A DNA stretch of 64,000 nucleotides, taken from positions 70,776 through 134,775 of the forward strand of contig JBGVTE010000126.1 of the NCBI GenBank assembly GCA_041862375.1. Direction: 5' to 3'. Position numbers and translations under genes: made by a program. How positions within the stretch are numbered: position 1 is the first letter of the stretch; every line of letters begins with the position of its first letter. The notes under the pieces were generated by a model. That model was given only the letters and a program-made list of their open reading frames with translations. It searched no databases and was not told where the DNA came from. Shown here piece by piece: positions 29,536-40,725 of the stretch. This DNA comes from Candidatus Aminicenantaceae bacterium. Its GTDB lineage: Bacteria > Acidobacteriota > Aminicenantia > Aminicenantales > Aminicenantaceae.

Positions 29536-29694
29536 TTACCTCAATGTAGTCTATCGGATTTGTCTCACTTCCCTCATTTTGTCTGATTAAAATCTAAAAT
29601 AAATTGATTGGTCTGTAGAGCTTACAAGTGTATTCTATTAAAAACACATTCAGACTCAACAAACTCAAGAATCCAGAAAAACAAGACAAGTGAT

Positions 29695-31227
29695 TCATTC
29701 CCATTCTATTGTCCCAGGGGGTTTTGTAGTTATATCATATACGACTCGATTAATCCCATCAACTTCATTCACTATACGATTGGAGATGCGGGCTAAAACC
29801 TCAGGTTTAGCAGGATACCAGTTTGCTGTCATGCCGTCAACACTCTGAACTAGTCTGACTACAACAACACGCTGGTAAGTGCGGCGATCCCCCATGACTC
29901 CTACCGATCTTACTGGAAGGAGAATCACAAATGCCTGCCAGAGTTTATCATAAAGATCTGCTTTCTTAACTTCCTGGAGGAGAATTTCATCTGCTTCTCT
30001 CACTATCTTGATCCTCTCGCTTGTTACTTCTCCCGCAATTCTTACCGCCAAACCAGGTCCTGGGAACGGATGTTGTAAAATGAAATCATCATTAACACCC
30101 AACTCAGTGGCTAAGACACGCACCTCATCTTTGAAAAGCTCCCTGAGGGGCTCTATAAGCTTAAGCTTTAAACGCTTGGGCAACCCTCCTACGTTATGGT
30201 GAGATTTGATGGTAGAGGAGGGACCTTTCACAGGACTGCTCTCAATAACATCAGGGTAAATCGTTCCTTGTGCCAAGAACTCAACGTCTCCTTCTTTCTT
30301 TGCCTGATCATCGAAAATACGGATGAACAACTCACCAATAATCTTCCTTTTTCTCTCTGGAGAAGTCACTCCTCTGAGCTTTTTCAGGAACAACCCCGAA
30401 GCATCAATGCCTATGACCCTGATAGCTAATTGACTCCTGAATTTATCCATTAAATCCTTGTACTGGCCTTTTCTTAAAAGGCCATTATCAACAAAAATAC
30501 AAAGCAGATTATCTCTCACCGCTCTATGGACAAGCAAAGAGGTTACAAGCGAGTCAATTCCGCCACTCAGGCCACACATAACTCTTTTATCTCCTACGAG
30601 GCGGCGAATCTCATCAGCTTTTTTCTCGATAAAAGAATCCATCCGCCATTCTGCTTTAAGACCCGATATATGGAAGAGAAAATTTGATAAAATCTTTTTA
30701 CCTCCGGTAGTATGAATTACCTCTGGATGGAATTGGACTCCGTATAATTTCTCCTTTCTGGATTCAATCACAGCAGCCTTGGAATTTGCTGTCTTTCCTG
30801 AAATGATAAACCCTGGTGGAATCCTTCCCAACCTGTCGCCGTGGCTCATCCATACCTGTCCACTATCTTTAACCTTAGATAGGAGCCCTTCCCTGTCTAG
30901 CACGTGTAATGAAGCAAAGCCGTATTCTCTTTTCTGAGAGGGAATAACCTCTCCACCTAAAAGATACCCCATAAGCTGCAGTCCATAGCAAATGCCAAGC
31001 ACAGGTATGTTCATCTTGAAAATCTCTTTCGAAGGAATGGATGCTCTTGCTTTGTAGACACTTTGAGGCCCTCCAGACAGGATGAGAGCAGAGGGCTTTT
31101 CCTTTTTTAACATGGAGATGGAAACATCGCAGGGGAAAATTTCTGAATAAACACCTAACTCCCTTATTTTTCTTGCAATTAACTGGGTGTATTGAGAACC
31201 AAAATCAAGGACTGCAACCTTATCCAT
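29695..31227 (-). CDS. guaA: GMP synthase (glutamine-hydrolysing)
   Basis: 510 aa with an N-terminal GATase (LDFGSQYTQLIARK) and a C-terminal ATP-PPase (SGGIDS). Confidence 0.95.
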   Translation of the reverse strand: MDKVAVLDFGSQYTQLIARKIRELGVYSEIFPCDVSISMLKKEKPSALILSGGPQSVYKARASIPSKEIFKMNIPVLGICYGLQLMGYLLGGEVIPSQKREYGFASLHVLDREGLLSKVKDSGQVWMSHGDRLGRIPPGFIISGKTANSKAAVIESRKEKLYGVQFHPEVIHTTGGKKILSNFLFHISGLKAEWRMDSFIEKKADEIRRLVGDKRVMCGLSGGIDSLVTSLLVHRAVRDNLLCIFVDNGLLRKGQYKDLMDKFRSQLAIRVIGIDASGLFLKKLRGVTSPERKRKIIGELFIRIFDDQAKKEGDVEFLAQGTIYPDVIESSPVKGPSSTIKSHHNVGGLPKRLKLKLIEPLRELFKDEVRVLATELGVNDDFILQHPFPGPGLAVRIAGEVTSERIKIVREADEILLQEVKKADLYDKLWQAFVILLPVRSVGVMGDRRTYQRVVVVRLVQSVDGMTANWYPAKPEVLARISNRIVNEVDGINRVVYDITTKPPGTIEWE

Positions 31228-31433
31228 GTCTCGATTTTAGCAGAGGAATTTTAGGTTGTAAACTAGAATAAATTTAAATAAGAGAGATCTTTATTTTTAC
31301 TAGCTTATTTCATTTTTTCCATTACATTTTCTTAACAGAAGAAATACAAGCCTGATGAAGACAACGTTTAACATAAAAACAGAACATACCTTAATTGACT
31401 TAATTATATCAATTATTTATAGTAATTTTTACG

Positions 31434-32636
31434 ATGGAATGGGAAAAAATTGCAGTTGAATTAACAGTCTCCACTTCTTCTAAAATTGTACTTCTGGTTT
31501 TGGATGGATTAGGCGGGCTGCCGCGTGAGGGAAAAACAGAACTAGAAGCTGCCCATACACCTCGCCTCGATGATCTGGCCCGCAAAAGCGTCTGCGGCCT
31601 CACTGACTCTGTTTTTATGGGAATTACTCCTGGGAGTGGCCCTGCTCATATGGCTCTCTTTGGCTATAATCCTCTTAAGTACATCTTAGGGCGTGGAATC
31701 CTCGAGGCTATGGGATTAGGAATTGATGTAGGAAAAGATGATCTAGTGGCCCGAGGGAATTTTGCTACATTGAAAGACAATCTTATCATTGATAGAAGAG
31801 CAGGAAGAATTCCTACGAGCGAGAACGAAAAGTTATGCAAAAAGATCAATTCTTATATTGAAAAGAGAAAAAATCCACAAATTACGCTTTTCCCTGGAAA
31901 AGAACACAGGTTTGTAGTCAGATTCAGGGAGCAAGGTCTCTCCGACTCTCTATCAGATGCGGATCCCCAAAAAGAAAATATGCCTCGACCGCATGCCCAG
32001 CCGCTTTCTCAAAAAGCTGAAAAAACATCTCACATTGTAAACGCATTTCTCGATGAAATAACCCTCTTCTTGAAGGACAATCCCCGAGCTAACACTATTC
32101 TTTTGAGGGGATTCTCCAAACTTCCATCAATCCCCAGCATGGAAGAGCTGTATAAATTAAAGCCAGCAGCTATTGCTAATTATCCAATGTATAAAGGACT
32201 GGCAAGGTTAGTAGGCATGGAGGTTCTAAGTGCTGGTCCTAAAGTAAACCACCTCTTTGAATCTCTTGAAAAACATTTCACAGAATATGATTTCTTCTTT
32301 GTCCACTTTAAAAAAACAGATTCTGCTGGAGAAGACGGAAATTTTGTTAAGAAAAAAGAAGCTATTGAAGAAATAGATGCCTTTATTCCACGGCTTCTCT
32401 CTTTGGAGCCGGATGTTGCAGTTGTTACTTCTGACCATTCCACACCATGGCTCCTAAAATCTCACTCATGGCACCCAAATCCCTTCCTCCTCCACTCTAA
32501 AACTGCTCTGCCCGATAATGTAACCCAATTCTCAGAAAAAGATTGCAGTCGGGGTTACCTTGGTCGGTTTCAAGCTCTCTACGCAATGCCTCTGATGCTA
32601 GCCCATGCCAGAAAAATGAAAAAATTTGGAGCCTGA
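31434..32636 (+). CDS. apgM: 2,3-bisphosphoglycerate-independent phosphoglycerate mutase, archaeal type
   Basis: 400 aa; LLVLDGLGG...AAHTPRLD.LA...PGSGPAHMALFGYNP matches the ApgM family. Confidence 0.8.
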   Translation: MEWEKIAVELTVSTSSKIVLLVLDGLGGLPREGKTELEAAHTPRLDDLARKSVCGLTDSVFMGITPGSGPAHMALFGYNPLKYILGRGILEAMGLGIDVGKDDLVARGNFATLKDNLIIDRRAGRIPTSENEKLCKKINSYIEKRKNPQITLFPGKEHRFVVRFREQGLSDSLSDADPQKENMPRPHAQPLSQKAEKTSHIVNAFLDEITLFLKDNPRANTILLRGFSKLPSIPSMEELYKLKPAAIANYPMYKGLARLVGMEVLSAGPKVNHLFESLEKHFTEYDFFFVHFKKTDSAGEDGNFVKKKEAIEEIDAFIPRLLSLEPDVAVVTSDHSTPWLLKSHSWHPNPFLLHSKTALPDNVTQFSEKDCSRGYLGRFQALYAMPLMLAHARKMKKFGA

Positions 32637-32695
32637 TGACAAATGGAAATAATTCTATTATTATTATATAATTAATAAAAATTATTAAAAAAAAT

Positions 32696-33865
32696 ATGAA
32701 AAATAGAAAGTCTAAGATCCTCATGCTCCTTTTCCTGCTACCCCTCTTCTTCTTCCCGAGTGCCGATCAGAGAGTGGAAGTTTACAACCTTCGCTCCCAT
32801 ACTCACCCCTTTTTTACTCGAATTGTTATTGATATCGGAAAATTAAGAGAATATACATACAATAAGTTAACTAATCCAGACAGGGTCTATGTCGACATCT
32901 ACCAAGCGAGATTGAATCCTATCCTCCACGGAAAGATAATCCCTGTAAAAAACGATTACCTTCACCAGATACGTATCGCTCAGAAGACTGCTTCTACTGT
33001 TCGAGCTGTTGTTGACCTCGATTTCAGCAGAATCAACAAATATCAAGTATTCCACCTCTTTGATCCTTTCAGGGTTGTCATCGATATATATCCCAAAAAA
33101 TTTACTCAAGAAAGTATTACGTCACAAACTCCTGCTCCGCCTCAGCCTACTGAATCAGGATACAGTATGATCAGGCAATTGGGATTGGGTATCCGAAGAA
33201 TAGTTATCGATCCCGGTCATGGAGGCTCAGACCCAGGAGGCATTAGCAGAAGCGGGCTTAAAGAAAAAGATGTTGTGCTTAAAGTCTCTCTGCACCTAAA
33301 AAAATTGTTGCACTCTAGAAAGGATTTGGAGGTAATATTAACCCGAGAATCGGACATCTTCGTCCCTTTGGAAAACAGAACCATCATCGCAAACCAGAAG
33401 AAAGCAGACATCTTCATATCGATCCACGCAAATGCCCACAGAAACAGAGGGCTATCTGGAGTAGAGACATTTTTCCTCAATTTTAGCCAAAACCCTTCTA
33501 TCAATGAAATTGCAGCTCGAGAAAATGCAACATCAACAAAGAACATCAGCGAAATGATGAACATTATTAAAAATATTGTCAGAAACAGTAAAATTGTTGA
33601 ATCAAGGGAGTTGGCAAAAAAAATTCAAAACAGTCTTGTTAGACGCCTTTCTAAAACATACAAAAATGTTAGAAATCTGGGTGCCAAGGGAGGCCCTTTC
33701 TGGGTTCTAATTGGAGGAGAAACTCCATCTGTCTTGGTTGAAGTATCCTATCTGAGCAACTATCAAGATGAATCAAGGCTGAAAAGTGCTAGCTATCTTC
33801 AACAAGTTGCTCAAGGAATATATGAAGGCATAGTTGAGTACATCCATTCATTGGGAAAAGGATAG
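32696..33865 (+). CDS. N-acetylmuramoyl-L-alanine amidase (AmiC-like, N-terminal AMIN domain)
   Basis: 389 aa with a signal peptide, an AMIN-like N-domain and Amidase_3 (IVIDPGHGGSDPG, SIHANA). Confidence 0.8.
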   Translation: MKNRKSKILMLLFLLPLFFFPSADQRVEVYNLRSHTHPFFTRIVIDIGKLREYTYNKLTNPDRVYVDIYQARLNPILHGKIIPVKNDYLHQIRIAQKTASTVRAVVDLDFSRINKYQVFHLFDPFRVVIDIYPKKFTQESITSQTPAPPQPTESGYSMIRQLGLGIRRIVIDPGHGGSDPGGISRSGLKEKDVVLKVSLHLKKLLHSRKDLEVILTRESDIFVPLENRTIIANQKKADIFISIHANAHRNRGLSGVETFFLNFSQNPSINEIAARENATSTKNISEMMNIIKNIVRNSKIVESRELAKKIQNSLVRRLSKTYKNVRNLGAKGGPFWVLIGGETPSVLVEVSYLSNYQDESRLKSASYLQQVAQGIYEGIVEYIHSLGKG

Positions 33866-33872
33866 GTTTATC

Positions 33873-34760
33873 ATGAAAAGAAGAGATTTTTTAAAAGACA
33901 TCGCTGTTGGCAGCCTCTTTCTGAACTTCAGCCCTGTACTTTTAACCAAGGAGAAAAATCTCCCTGACCTAACTTTTGTTCAAGGCGATTCTCCTGATTT
34001 GATAGCGAGAGAAGCCATCGTTTCTTTGGGAGGAATTGAACGATTTGTTTCTAGAGGAGATGTAATTGTAATTAAACCTAATATTGGTTGGGACAGAAAA
34101 CCTAAACAGGCGGCATGTACTAATCCTGAAGTTGTCAAGGCTATAGTTGAGCTCAGCTTAGGAGCAGGGGCAAAAGAAGTTAAAGTGATGGATAATCCAT
34201 GCAACCAGGCAAAAAGGACGTATGCCCGCTCAGGAATTGCTGCTGCTGCTAAAAATGCAGGGGCAAAAGTCCTCTTTCCCAATCCCCATCGACTAAAGAA
34301 ACTCTCTCTAAAGGGAGAATGGCTTAAAGAATGGGAAGTGTTCACAGATTTTATTGAGGCAGACAAAATTATCAATGTTCCCATTGCAAAAATCCATAGC
34401 CTGTCTAGGCTTACATTGGGAATGAAGAACTGGTTAGGGGCAATCGGCGGAAACAGGAACCAGCTCCATCAAAAACTTGATCAGGCAATGATTGATCTCG
34501 CTTCCTTCTTCAAGCCGTGCCTGACTGTTTTGGATGCCTACCGAATCCTCATCCGGAACGGCCCTCAGGGAGGAAGGCTCTCTGACGCTAAACTCCATAA
34601 AACTGTCGTTGCCGGCGTAGACTACGTGGCTGTCGATGCTCTGGGAACAACTTTTTTTGGAATAAATCCTCAAGATATGCCTTATCTTCAACTTGCTTAC
34701 AAAAAAGGCCACGGAGAAATTAACCTAGAAAAGCTCAAAATTGAAAAAAGAACGCTCTAG
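33873..34760 (+). CDS. Tat-exported DUF362-domain protein
   Basis: Listed ORF starts at 33834; the better start is MKRRDFLKDIAVGSL, a twin-arginine signal. DUF362 fold. Paired with the downstream polyferredoxin. Confidence 0.65.
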   Translation: MKRRDFLKDIAVGSLFLNFSPVLLTKEKNLPDLTFVQGDSPDLIAREAIVSLGGIERFVSRGDVIVIKPNIGWDRKPKQAACTNPEVVKAIVELSLGAGAKEVKVMDNPCNQAKRTYARSGIAAAAKNAGAKVLFPNPHRLKKLSLKGEWLKEWEVFTDFIEADKIINVPIAKIHSLSRLTLGMKNWLGAIGGNRNQLHQKLDQAMIDLASFFKPCLTVLDAYRILIRNGPQGGRLSDAKLHKTVVAGVDYVAVDALGTTFFGINPQDMPYLQLAYKKGHGEINLEKLKIEKRTL

Positions 34761-36339
34761 AAAATACCGAATTATCCAATCTCTTCGAATTCTCAGCCAA
34801 ACAGTTTTCTTCTTCCTCTTTATTTATCTTCTTCTTGGAACTCATTTCACTGGAGAGGATTACATCGGAAGAGTCGAAATCTTTTTTCATTTTAACCCCC
34901 TTATCGCCTTAGCAATGTTCATCGCTTCCAGAACTCTATATGCTTCATTCATCTTCGCAGCTTTTACAATAATTATAACATTTGTCTTAGGTCGGGTTGT
35001 CTGCAGCTGGGTATGTCCCCTCGGCTCAGTCCATCAATTTTTCTCCTTTCTCTTTAAAAAAACAAAATTACTAAGACCTAAGAACACCCAAGATAAAAAA
35101 ATAACGTGGAAATATTACCTTTTGATATTCATTCTCGTAAGCGCTCTTTTTACTCTAGACCTCGTAGGAATTTTTGACCCGCTCTCTCTGCTCTACCGTT
35201 CTTTTACCGTAAGCTTATTCCCTGCGTTGAGTTATGGCTTTGACGCTTTTCTCGGTTTTCTCTACAGCATACATCTCTCCGGATTAGCTGATTCACTAGC
35301 CCAATTCCTAGAGACTCTGACTCTCAATTCAACATTCCGTCAGGGATTCTTCATCGCTGCTCTCCTCGTTGGCATTGTGCTCTTGAACATTTCAAGGGAA
35401 AGATTCTGGTGCCGTTGCCTCTGCCCTTTAGGAGCATTTCTTGGGCTTATCTCGAGGTGGAATGTGCTCAAGCTAAAGATAAATACTGAAAGATGTATCG
35501 AATGTAATCTATGCAACATTCACTGCGAAACCCAAGCTTCTCCTTTCCCCCAGAAAAATTGGAAAAGCTCTGAATGTATTTACTGCTACACCTGTGGAGC
35601 TATCTGCCCCACAAGCGCTGTGGAATTCCCGCTAAAGTCAGAATTCGAAAAAGTCGAAACTATAAATCTTTCCCGCAGAAAGCTCATTTTTGCCTCACTA
35701 CTTGCTGTAGTCACTATGCCCTTTTTCCGTATTTCGCCCGCATCCAAGCGAGCATCGCCAAAGCTCATCAGACCTCCAGGAGCAATCCCTGAGGAGAAAT
35801 TCCTCCAAAAATGTGTCAAGTGCGGTGAATGCATGAAGGCCTGCCCGACTAATGCCCTGCAGCCTGCCTTAGCAGAAGCAGGTCCAGAAGGAATCTGGAC
35901 CCCTATACTTGTGCCAAAAATCGGATACTGCGAATACTACTGCTCCCTCTGCTCCCAGGTATGCCCCACAGGAGCTATAAAGGAACTTACTGTAGAAGAA
36001 AAGACAAAGATAAGAATAGGCCTGGCGTGGATCGATAAAAGTCGCTGTATTCCCTATAATCTCGGCACGCCATGCATCGTCTGCGAGGAACACTGTCCCA
36101 CATCTCCAAAAGCTATAAAACTGGTTAAGACAGAGGTGCTGCTCCCAGACGGTACTAAAAAAACTCCTGCAGCTCCGGTAATCAACACTGACTTATGCAT
36201 CGGATGCGGAATCTGTGAGAACAAATGTCCTGTTGTAGACCAGCCTGCTATTTTTTGTACAAGTATCGGGGAAAGCCGCTCTGAGCGAAACCAACTCCTC
36301 CTTCCCCTTATTAAAGAAGTAGAAGGGTCATACAAATAA
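34741..36339 (+). CDS. Membrane-bound polyferredoxin (NapH/MauN-like 4Fe-4S protein)
   Basis: 532 aa with ~5 TM helices carrying CxxCP motifs (CSWVCPLG, CRCLCPLG) and at least four CxxCxxCxxxCP clusters. Confidence 0.7.
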   Translation: MKKERSRKYRIIQSLRILSQTVFFFLFIYLLLGTHFTGEDYIGRVEIFFHFNPLIALAMFIASRTLYASFIFAAFTIIITFVLGRVVCSWVCPLGSVHQFFSFLFKKTKLLRPKNTQDKKITWKYYLLIFILVSALFTLDLVGIFDPLSLLYRSFTVSLFPALSYGFDAFLGFLYSIHLSGLADSLAQFLETLTLNSTFRQGFFIAALLVGIVLLNISRERFWCRCLCPLGAFLGLISRWNVLKLKINTERCIECNLCNIHCETQASPFPQKNWKSSECIYCYTCGAICPTSAVEFPLKSEFEKVETINLSRRKLIFASLLAVVTMPFFRISPASKRASPKLIRPPGAIPEEKFLQKCVKCGECMKACPTNALQPALAEAGPEGIWTPILVPKIGYCEYYCSLCSQVCPTGAIKELTVEEKTKIRIGLAWIDKSRCIPYNLGTPCIVCEEHCPTSPKAIKLVKTEVLLPDGTKKTPAAPVINTDLCIGCGICENKCPVVDQPAIFCTSIGESRSERNQLLLPLIKEVEGSYK

Positions 36340-36497
36340 GCCTCACCTCTTTTAAAACACGTACAATTCTTCGCTGTATTGTATCTCTTGTATCGTTTTT
36401 ACTAGAAAAATACTTCAAAGTATTCTGGATATCAGAAGAACAGAACCGTCTTCAATAATTAAAAAGGGATATTTCTTCTTTAAGGAAGCAGATCCTG

Positions 36498-37475
36498 TTA
36501 TTCAGAGATAATTTTCTTCAATTCCTCTTTTAAGTGAGGGATAACTTGGAAGAGATCCCCAACAATTCCATAATCAGCAACTTTAAAGATAGGAGCTTCA
36601 GGGTCTTTATTTACAGCCACAATATACTTTGAGGAGGACATTCCTGCCAGATGCTGAATAGCGCCTGAAATCCCGAAAGCCAGATAGAGGTTGGGTGAAA
36701 CAGTTTTCCCTGTTTGGCCAACTTGATGTTGATGATCAATCCAGCCTGCATCTACAGCAGACCGGGAAGCCCCTATAGCTGAGTGGGGGATAATATTTGA
36801 AAGTTCCTTTAACAGGTTAAAATTTTCAGGCCCCTTCATTCCTCTTCCGCCTGAGATAACACATTCCGCTTCAGTTACATCAAGCTCTGCGCCTTCTTCC
36901 TTAATAATTTCAACAACTTTGCTTTTAATTATATCTTCAGGGATGACAATCTCTTTTTTAATAACCTCTGCTTGTTTCGAAGCCGGTTCTAATAGAGGAA
37001 ACACATTGGGTCTTAGCGTTGCTACTTGTGGTGAAGATTTAAAGGTAAACGTGACAAAAGCTTTTCCAGCAAAGATTGGCCGAGCAACTTCCAATTTCCC
37101 ATCCTTAGACGCTGTCTTAGTACAGTCAGAAGCTAAAGCTGCTCCTAATCTAGCTGCAACCCGTGGCGCTAAATCTTTGCCAAGGGAACTCGCTGAAAAC
37201 AATACTACTCCTGGTTTAATCTCATCAGCCAAAGAAACAAGCGCTTGAGCATAGCTCTGAGCGGAATAACGGCTAAATAGAGAGTTCTCTAATAAATATA
37301 TCTTCGAAACTCCGTAAGGAGAAACTTCAGAAGCAAAGATTTCCATATTGTGGCCTACAAAAACAGCATTCACTTCCGTGTTCATCTCATCTGCCCTTCT
37401 TTTTCCCTCAGAAAGAGCCTCCAAGGAAGATCTTTTTACTTTCCCTTCTCTCACTTCGATAAATACTAATATCAT
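36498..37475 (-). CDS. etfA: Electron transfer flavoprotein alpha subunit
   Basis: 325 aa with an FAD-binding C-domain (ISGGRGMKGPENF, AIGASRSAVDAGW). Confidence 0.85.
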   Translation of the reverse strand: MILVFIEVREGKVKRSSLEALSEGKRRADEMNTEVNAVFVGHNMEIFASEVSPYGVSKIYLLENSLFSRYSAQSYAQALVSLADEIKPGVVLFSASSLGKDLAPRVAARLGAALASDCTKTASKDGKLEVARPIFAGKAFVTFTFKSSPQVATLRPNVFPLLEPASKQAEVIKKEIVIPEDIIKSKVVEIIKEEGAELDVTEAECVISGGRGMKGPENFNLLKELSNIIPHSAIGASRSAVDAGWIDHQHQVGQTGKTVSPNLYLAFGISGAIQHLAGMSSSKYIVAVNKDPEAPIFKVADYGIVGDLFQVIPHLKEELKKIISE

Positions 37476-37487
37476 TATTCCCTCCCT

Positions 37488-38270
37488 TCAGATAACCTTG
37501 GCTTCACTGTGCAACAGCTCTGCGAGTTTTTTTGCAGCCTCAGTGGGTTCGTCCTCGATAATCTTTACAGCCTGTCTCGTCGGAGGGGCATCAATTTTTG
37601 TAATCTCCAATTGCGACATTAATTCCTCCTCGCCCAAGCCCAAATCGCTGAGAGTAATCACCGGAATTTCTTTCTTTTTGGCCATCATTATTCCCTTAAG
37701 GGTCTCATACCGGGGTTCATTCAATCCTTTCTGGGCACTTATAACTGCAGGCAGCGAAAACTCGACCTTTTCCAGTGCGCCTTCTATTTCTCTGTGAGCA
37801 ATCCCTTTGTTTCCTTCTATTTCCAACTTTACTACAACATTAACCTGAGGCAATTCCAGAAATTCAGCTACCATTGAGGGAACTTGACTGTTATCTGCTC
37901 CAACAGATTGTTTTCCAAAAAGCAACAAATCATATTCAGAATATTTTTTCTTAATGGTTTCAGCAATAATCTTAGATACTCTCAAACCATCATAACTTTC
38001 CGGAGCGTCATCTTTTACTAGAACTGCCTCATCCGCTCCCATAGCTAAACACTTCTTCAAAATCACTAATGCATCTTCAGGGCCAACAGATACAACTGTT
38101 ACCTTTCCTCCCTTAGTCTCTCTTATCCTAAGGGCTTCTTCCACGGCATACTCGTCATAAGGACTTAAAACAAAATTTAAGCCTTCCTCAACTATTGCAT
38201 TGTCCTCATGGCTTATCCTTATTTTTGATTCAGTATCAGGAACTCTTTTGACAAAAACATATAAATTCAA
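37488..38270 (-). CDS. etfB: Electron transfer flavoprotein beta subunit
   Basis: 260 aa, VKRVPDTE...VSVGPE, ETF beta fold. Confidence 0.85.
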   Translation of the reverse strand: MNLYVFVKRVPDTESKIRISHEDNAIVEEGLNFVLSPYDEYAVEEALRIRETKGGKVTVVSVGPEDALVILKKCLAMGADEAVLVKDDAPESYDGLRVSKIIAETIKKKYSEYDLLLFGKQSVGADNSQVPSMVAEFLELPQVNVVVKLEIEGNKGIAHREIEGALEKVEFSLPAVISAQKGLNEPRYETLKGIMMAKKKEIPVITLSDLGLGEEELMSQLEITKIDAPPTRQAVKIIEDEPTEAAKKLAELLHSEAKVI

Positions 38271-38392
38271 TTATTCCTCCTCATAAAATCATTTATTTCA
38301 TTTATAAAATTCAAGGATTTATTAAAAATGATATCTCGGGATTCTATTCTGGTCTTTCTAATCTCTCGCCAGGCTACTCTTTTCGCCTTTTT

Positions 38393-39667
38393 TTATTCTT
38401 CATATCTTTTCAGGACAAGGCAGCCATTTGTTCCACCGAATCCGAAGGAGTTGCTTATAGCGTAATTTATCTCAGCTTTACGACTCTTATTAGGAACATA
38501 ATCCAAGTCACATTTAGGGTCAGGCTTTTCATAGTTGATAGTCGGAGGCATAATCTGGTTTTTCAAAGCGAGAGCAGTTATTCCTGCTTCTACTCCCCCT
38601 GCGGCACCCAAGAGGTGTCCGACCATAGACTTTGTCGAATTTACTCCTATTTTATAAGAATGGCTTCCAAAGAGCTTTTTTATTGCCAGCGTCTCAACCT
38701 TGTCGTTATAAGGCGTAGAGGTACCGTGGGCATTGATGTAATTAATCGCTTCAGGAGCAACACCGGCATCTTCGAGCGCTCTCTCCATAACCCTCAGAGC
38801 CCCTTTCCCATCCATTGCAGGAGCAGAAACATGGTAGGCATCTCCGGTCATTCCATAACCAACTATTTCGGCGTATATCAGAGCTCCTCGCTTTAGAGCC
38901 ATCCCAAGTTCTTCTAGTATGAGAACTCCTGCTCCTTCTCCCTCAACAAACCCATCTCTTTCTAGATCAAAGGGACGAGATGCCTTCTGGGGCTCATGGT
39001 TTCTCACAGAAAGAGCGCGCATCGCACAGAAGCCAGCGATTCCAAGAGGAGTTATGGGAGCCTCTGAACCCCCTGCTATCATAATATCCGCATCTCCTCG
39101 AGCAATGATTCGGAATGAATCCCCAACAGCATGGGTGCTCGTCGTGCATGCTGTTGCGGGGGCTGAATTTGGTCCCTGTGCTTTATAGCGTATCGAAATC
39201 TGACCCGCTGCTTCGTTGATAATGGCTGAAATCAGAAAAAATGGAGAAATCCGACTTGGCCCCTTCTCTAAGAGAATCTTATGGGTCTCTTCGATATAGC
39301 CAATACCTCCAATGCCAGAACCCACATAAACTCCACACCTGTCTCCTTCTAAATCAGAAGGATTAATCCCAGAATCTTCCACAGCTAATTGGGCAGCGGC
39401 TATGGCGTACTGGATAAAGAGGTCCATCTTCCTAACCTCTCTTTTTTCAATAAAATTAAATGGATTAAAATTCTTTACTTCACCTGCAATTTTGGTAGAG
39501 TACTCAGAAGCATCAAACCTTGTAATCAGGTCAATCCCGCTTCTTCCTCCAAGGAGTGCTTCCCACGTCTCTCTCGTCCCTATCCCAACTGGAGTAACCA
39601 ATCCGATGCCAGTGATAACAACCCGCCTCAGGGAAAGAGATTTCTTATGGGAAGGAGAAATGTTCAT
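38393..39667 (-). CDS. fabF: 3-oxoacyl-[ACP] synthase II
   Basis: 424 aa with the active-site triad context (TACTTS, two His, GHLLGAAG). Confidence 0.9.
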   Translation of the reverse strand: MNISPSHKKSLSLRRVVITGIGLVTPVGIGTRETWEALLGGRSGIDLITRFDASEYSTKIAGEVKNFNPFNFIEKREVRKMDLFIQYAIAAAQLAVEDSGINPSDLEGDRCGVYVGSGIGGIGYIEETHKILLEKGPSRISPFFLISAIINEAAGQISIRYKAQGPNSAPATACTTSTHAVGDSFRIIARGDADIMIAGGSEAPITPLGIAGFCAMRALSVRNHEPQKASRPFDLERDGFVEGEGAGVLILEELGMALKRGALIYAEIVGYGMTGDAYHVSAPAMDGKGALRVMERALEDAGVAPEAINYINAHGTSTPYNDKVETLAIKKLFGSHSYKIGVNSTKSMVGHLLGAAGGVEAGITALALKNQIMPPTINYEKPDPKCDLDYVPNKSRKAEINYAISNSFGFGGTNGCLVLKRYEE

Positions 39668-39681
39668 TATAAAATTTGGAG

Positions 39682-39927
39682 TTATTTAGAAAGATGGCTC
39701 AAGATATAATCCATGGCCTTTCCAACAGTACCCAGCTTTTCCGCATCTTCATCGGGAATATCCATCCCAAACTCATCTTCTAAGGCCATGACCAATTCAA
39801 CTGTATCGAGGGAGTCAGCACCTAAATCATCAGTGAAAGAAGCCTCCTCAGTAATTTGATCCTCGCTTATGCTGAGTTTGTCAGCAACAATTGTCTTTAT
39901 TTTCTTCAACAATTCTTCCCTTTCCAT
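39682..39927 (-). CDS. acpP: Acyl carrier protein
   Basis: 81 aa with the [17 protein letters not shown] phosphopantetheine site. Confidence 0.95.
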   Translation of the reverse strand: MEREELLKKIKTIVADKLSISEDQITEEASFTDDLGADSLDTVELVMALEDEFGMDIPDEDAEKLGTVGKAMDYILSHLSK

Positions 39928-39972
39928 GGTTTTCCTCCTCTTGATTTAGATAATCATTTATCAAATCTGAAG

Positions 39973-40725
39973 CTACATATACAACCCGCCATTCAAATTA
40001 ATAACTTGGCCAGTTATATAGGCGGCTCTATCGGAAAGCAGAAACTTAACAACGCAGGCAACTTCTTCTGGTGTGCCAAACCTTTTCATCGGTATTAAAT
40101 CAATGAACATCGTTTTGATTGAATCGGAAAGATTATCTGTCATAGGAGTAGCAATATAGCCCGGAGCAACAGCATTAACTGTAATCCCACGTGTGGCTAC
40201 TTCCCTGGCCAATGATTTTGTAAAGCCAATTACTCCCGCTTTAGAAGCAGCATAATTAGTTTGGCCTGGATTTCCCATTAATCCAACCACAGAAGAGATG
40301 TTGACTATTCGACCGTACCGATTGCTTATCATATGTCTTATGACTGCCTTGGATACATTAAAAATCCCCTTCAAGTTAACCGCCAAAACAGCATCCCACT
40401 CTTCCTCTTTCATCCTCATCAGAAGGTTATCCCGAGTTACTCCAGCATTATTAACTAAAAAATCAATCTTTTGGTGATTCTTCACTATAATATCAACGAC
40501 TCCCTGTATCTCTTCCAAACTAGACACATCCGCTTTATAAGATGAGGCTATTCCCCCATCCTTTTTAATCTTAGAAGTAACCTTTTTAAGCTTCTCTTCC
40601 TGAATGTCAATCAAGACAACTTCTGCACCGCATCCTGCCAGTTCAGATGCAATACTCTCACCAATCCCCTGGGAAGCCCCTGTGATGAGTGCTGTTTTTT
40701 GAGATAAATCCATCTTAGGACTCAA
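39973..40725 (-). CDS. fabG: 3-oxoacyl-[ACP] reductase
   Basis: 250 aa SDR with TGASQGIG and Y-x3-K. Confidence 0.9.
   Translation of the reverse strand: MSPKMDLSQKTALITGASQGIGESIASELAGCGAEVVLIDIQEEKLKKVTSKIKKDGGIASSYKADVSSLEEIQGVVDIIVKNHQKIDFLVNNAGVTRDNLLMRMKEEEWDAVLAVNLKGIFNVSKAVIRHMISNRYGRIVNISSVVGLMGNPGQTNYAASKAGVIGFTKSLAREVATRGITVNAVAPGYIATPMTDNLSDSIKTMFIDLIPMKRFGTPEEVACVVKFLLSDRAAYITGQVINLNGGLYM

Noticed and set aside
33980-37797. Multiple listed antisense or alternative-frame ORFs inside DUF362, polyferredoxin and etfAB (e.g. 33980-34384, 35586-35834, 36919-37248, 37348-37797)
   Set aside because: They are embedded in the opposite strand or another frame of confidently identified genes, with no RBS and low-complexity translations. 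Treated as spurious, as are similar antisense ORFs throughout the track.
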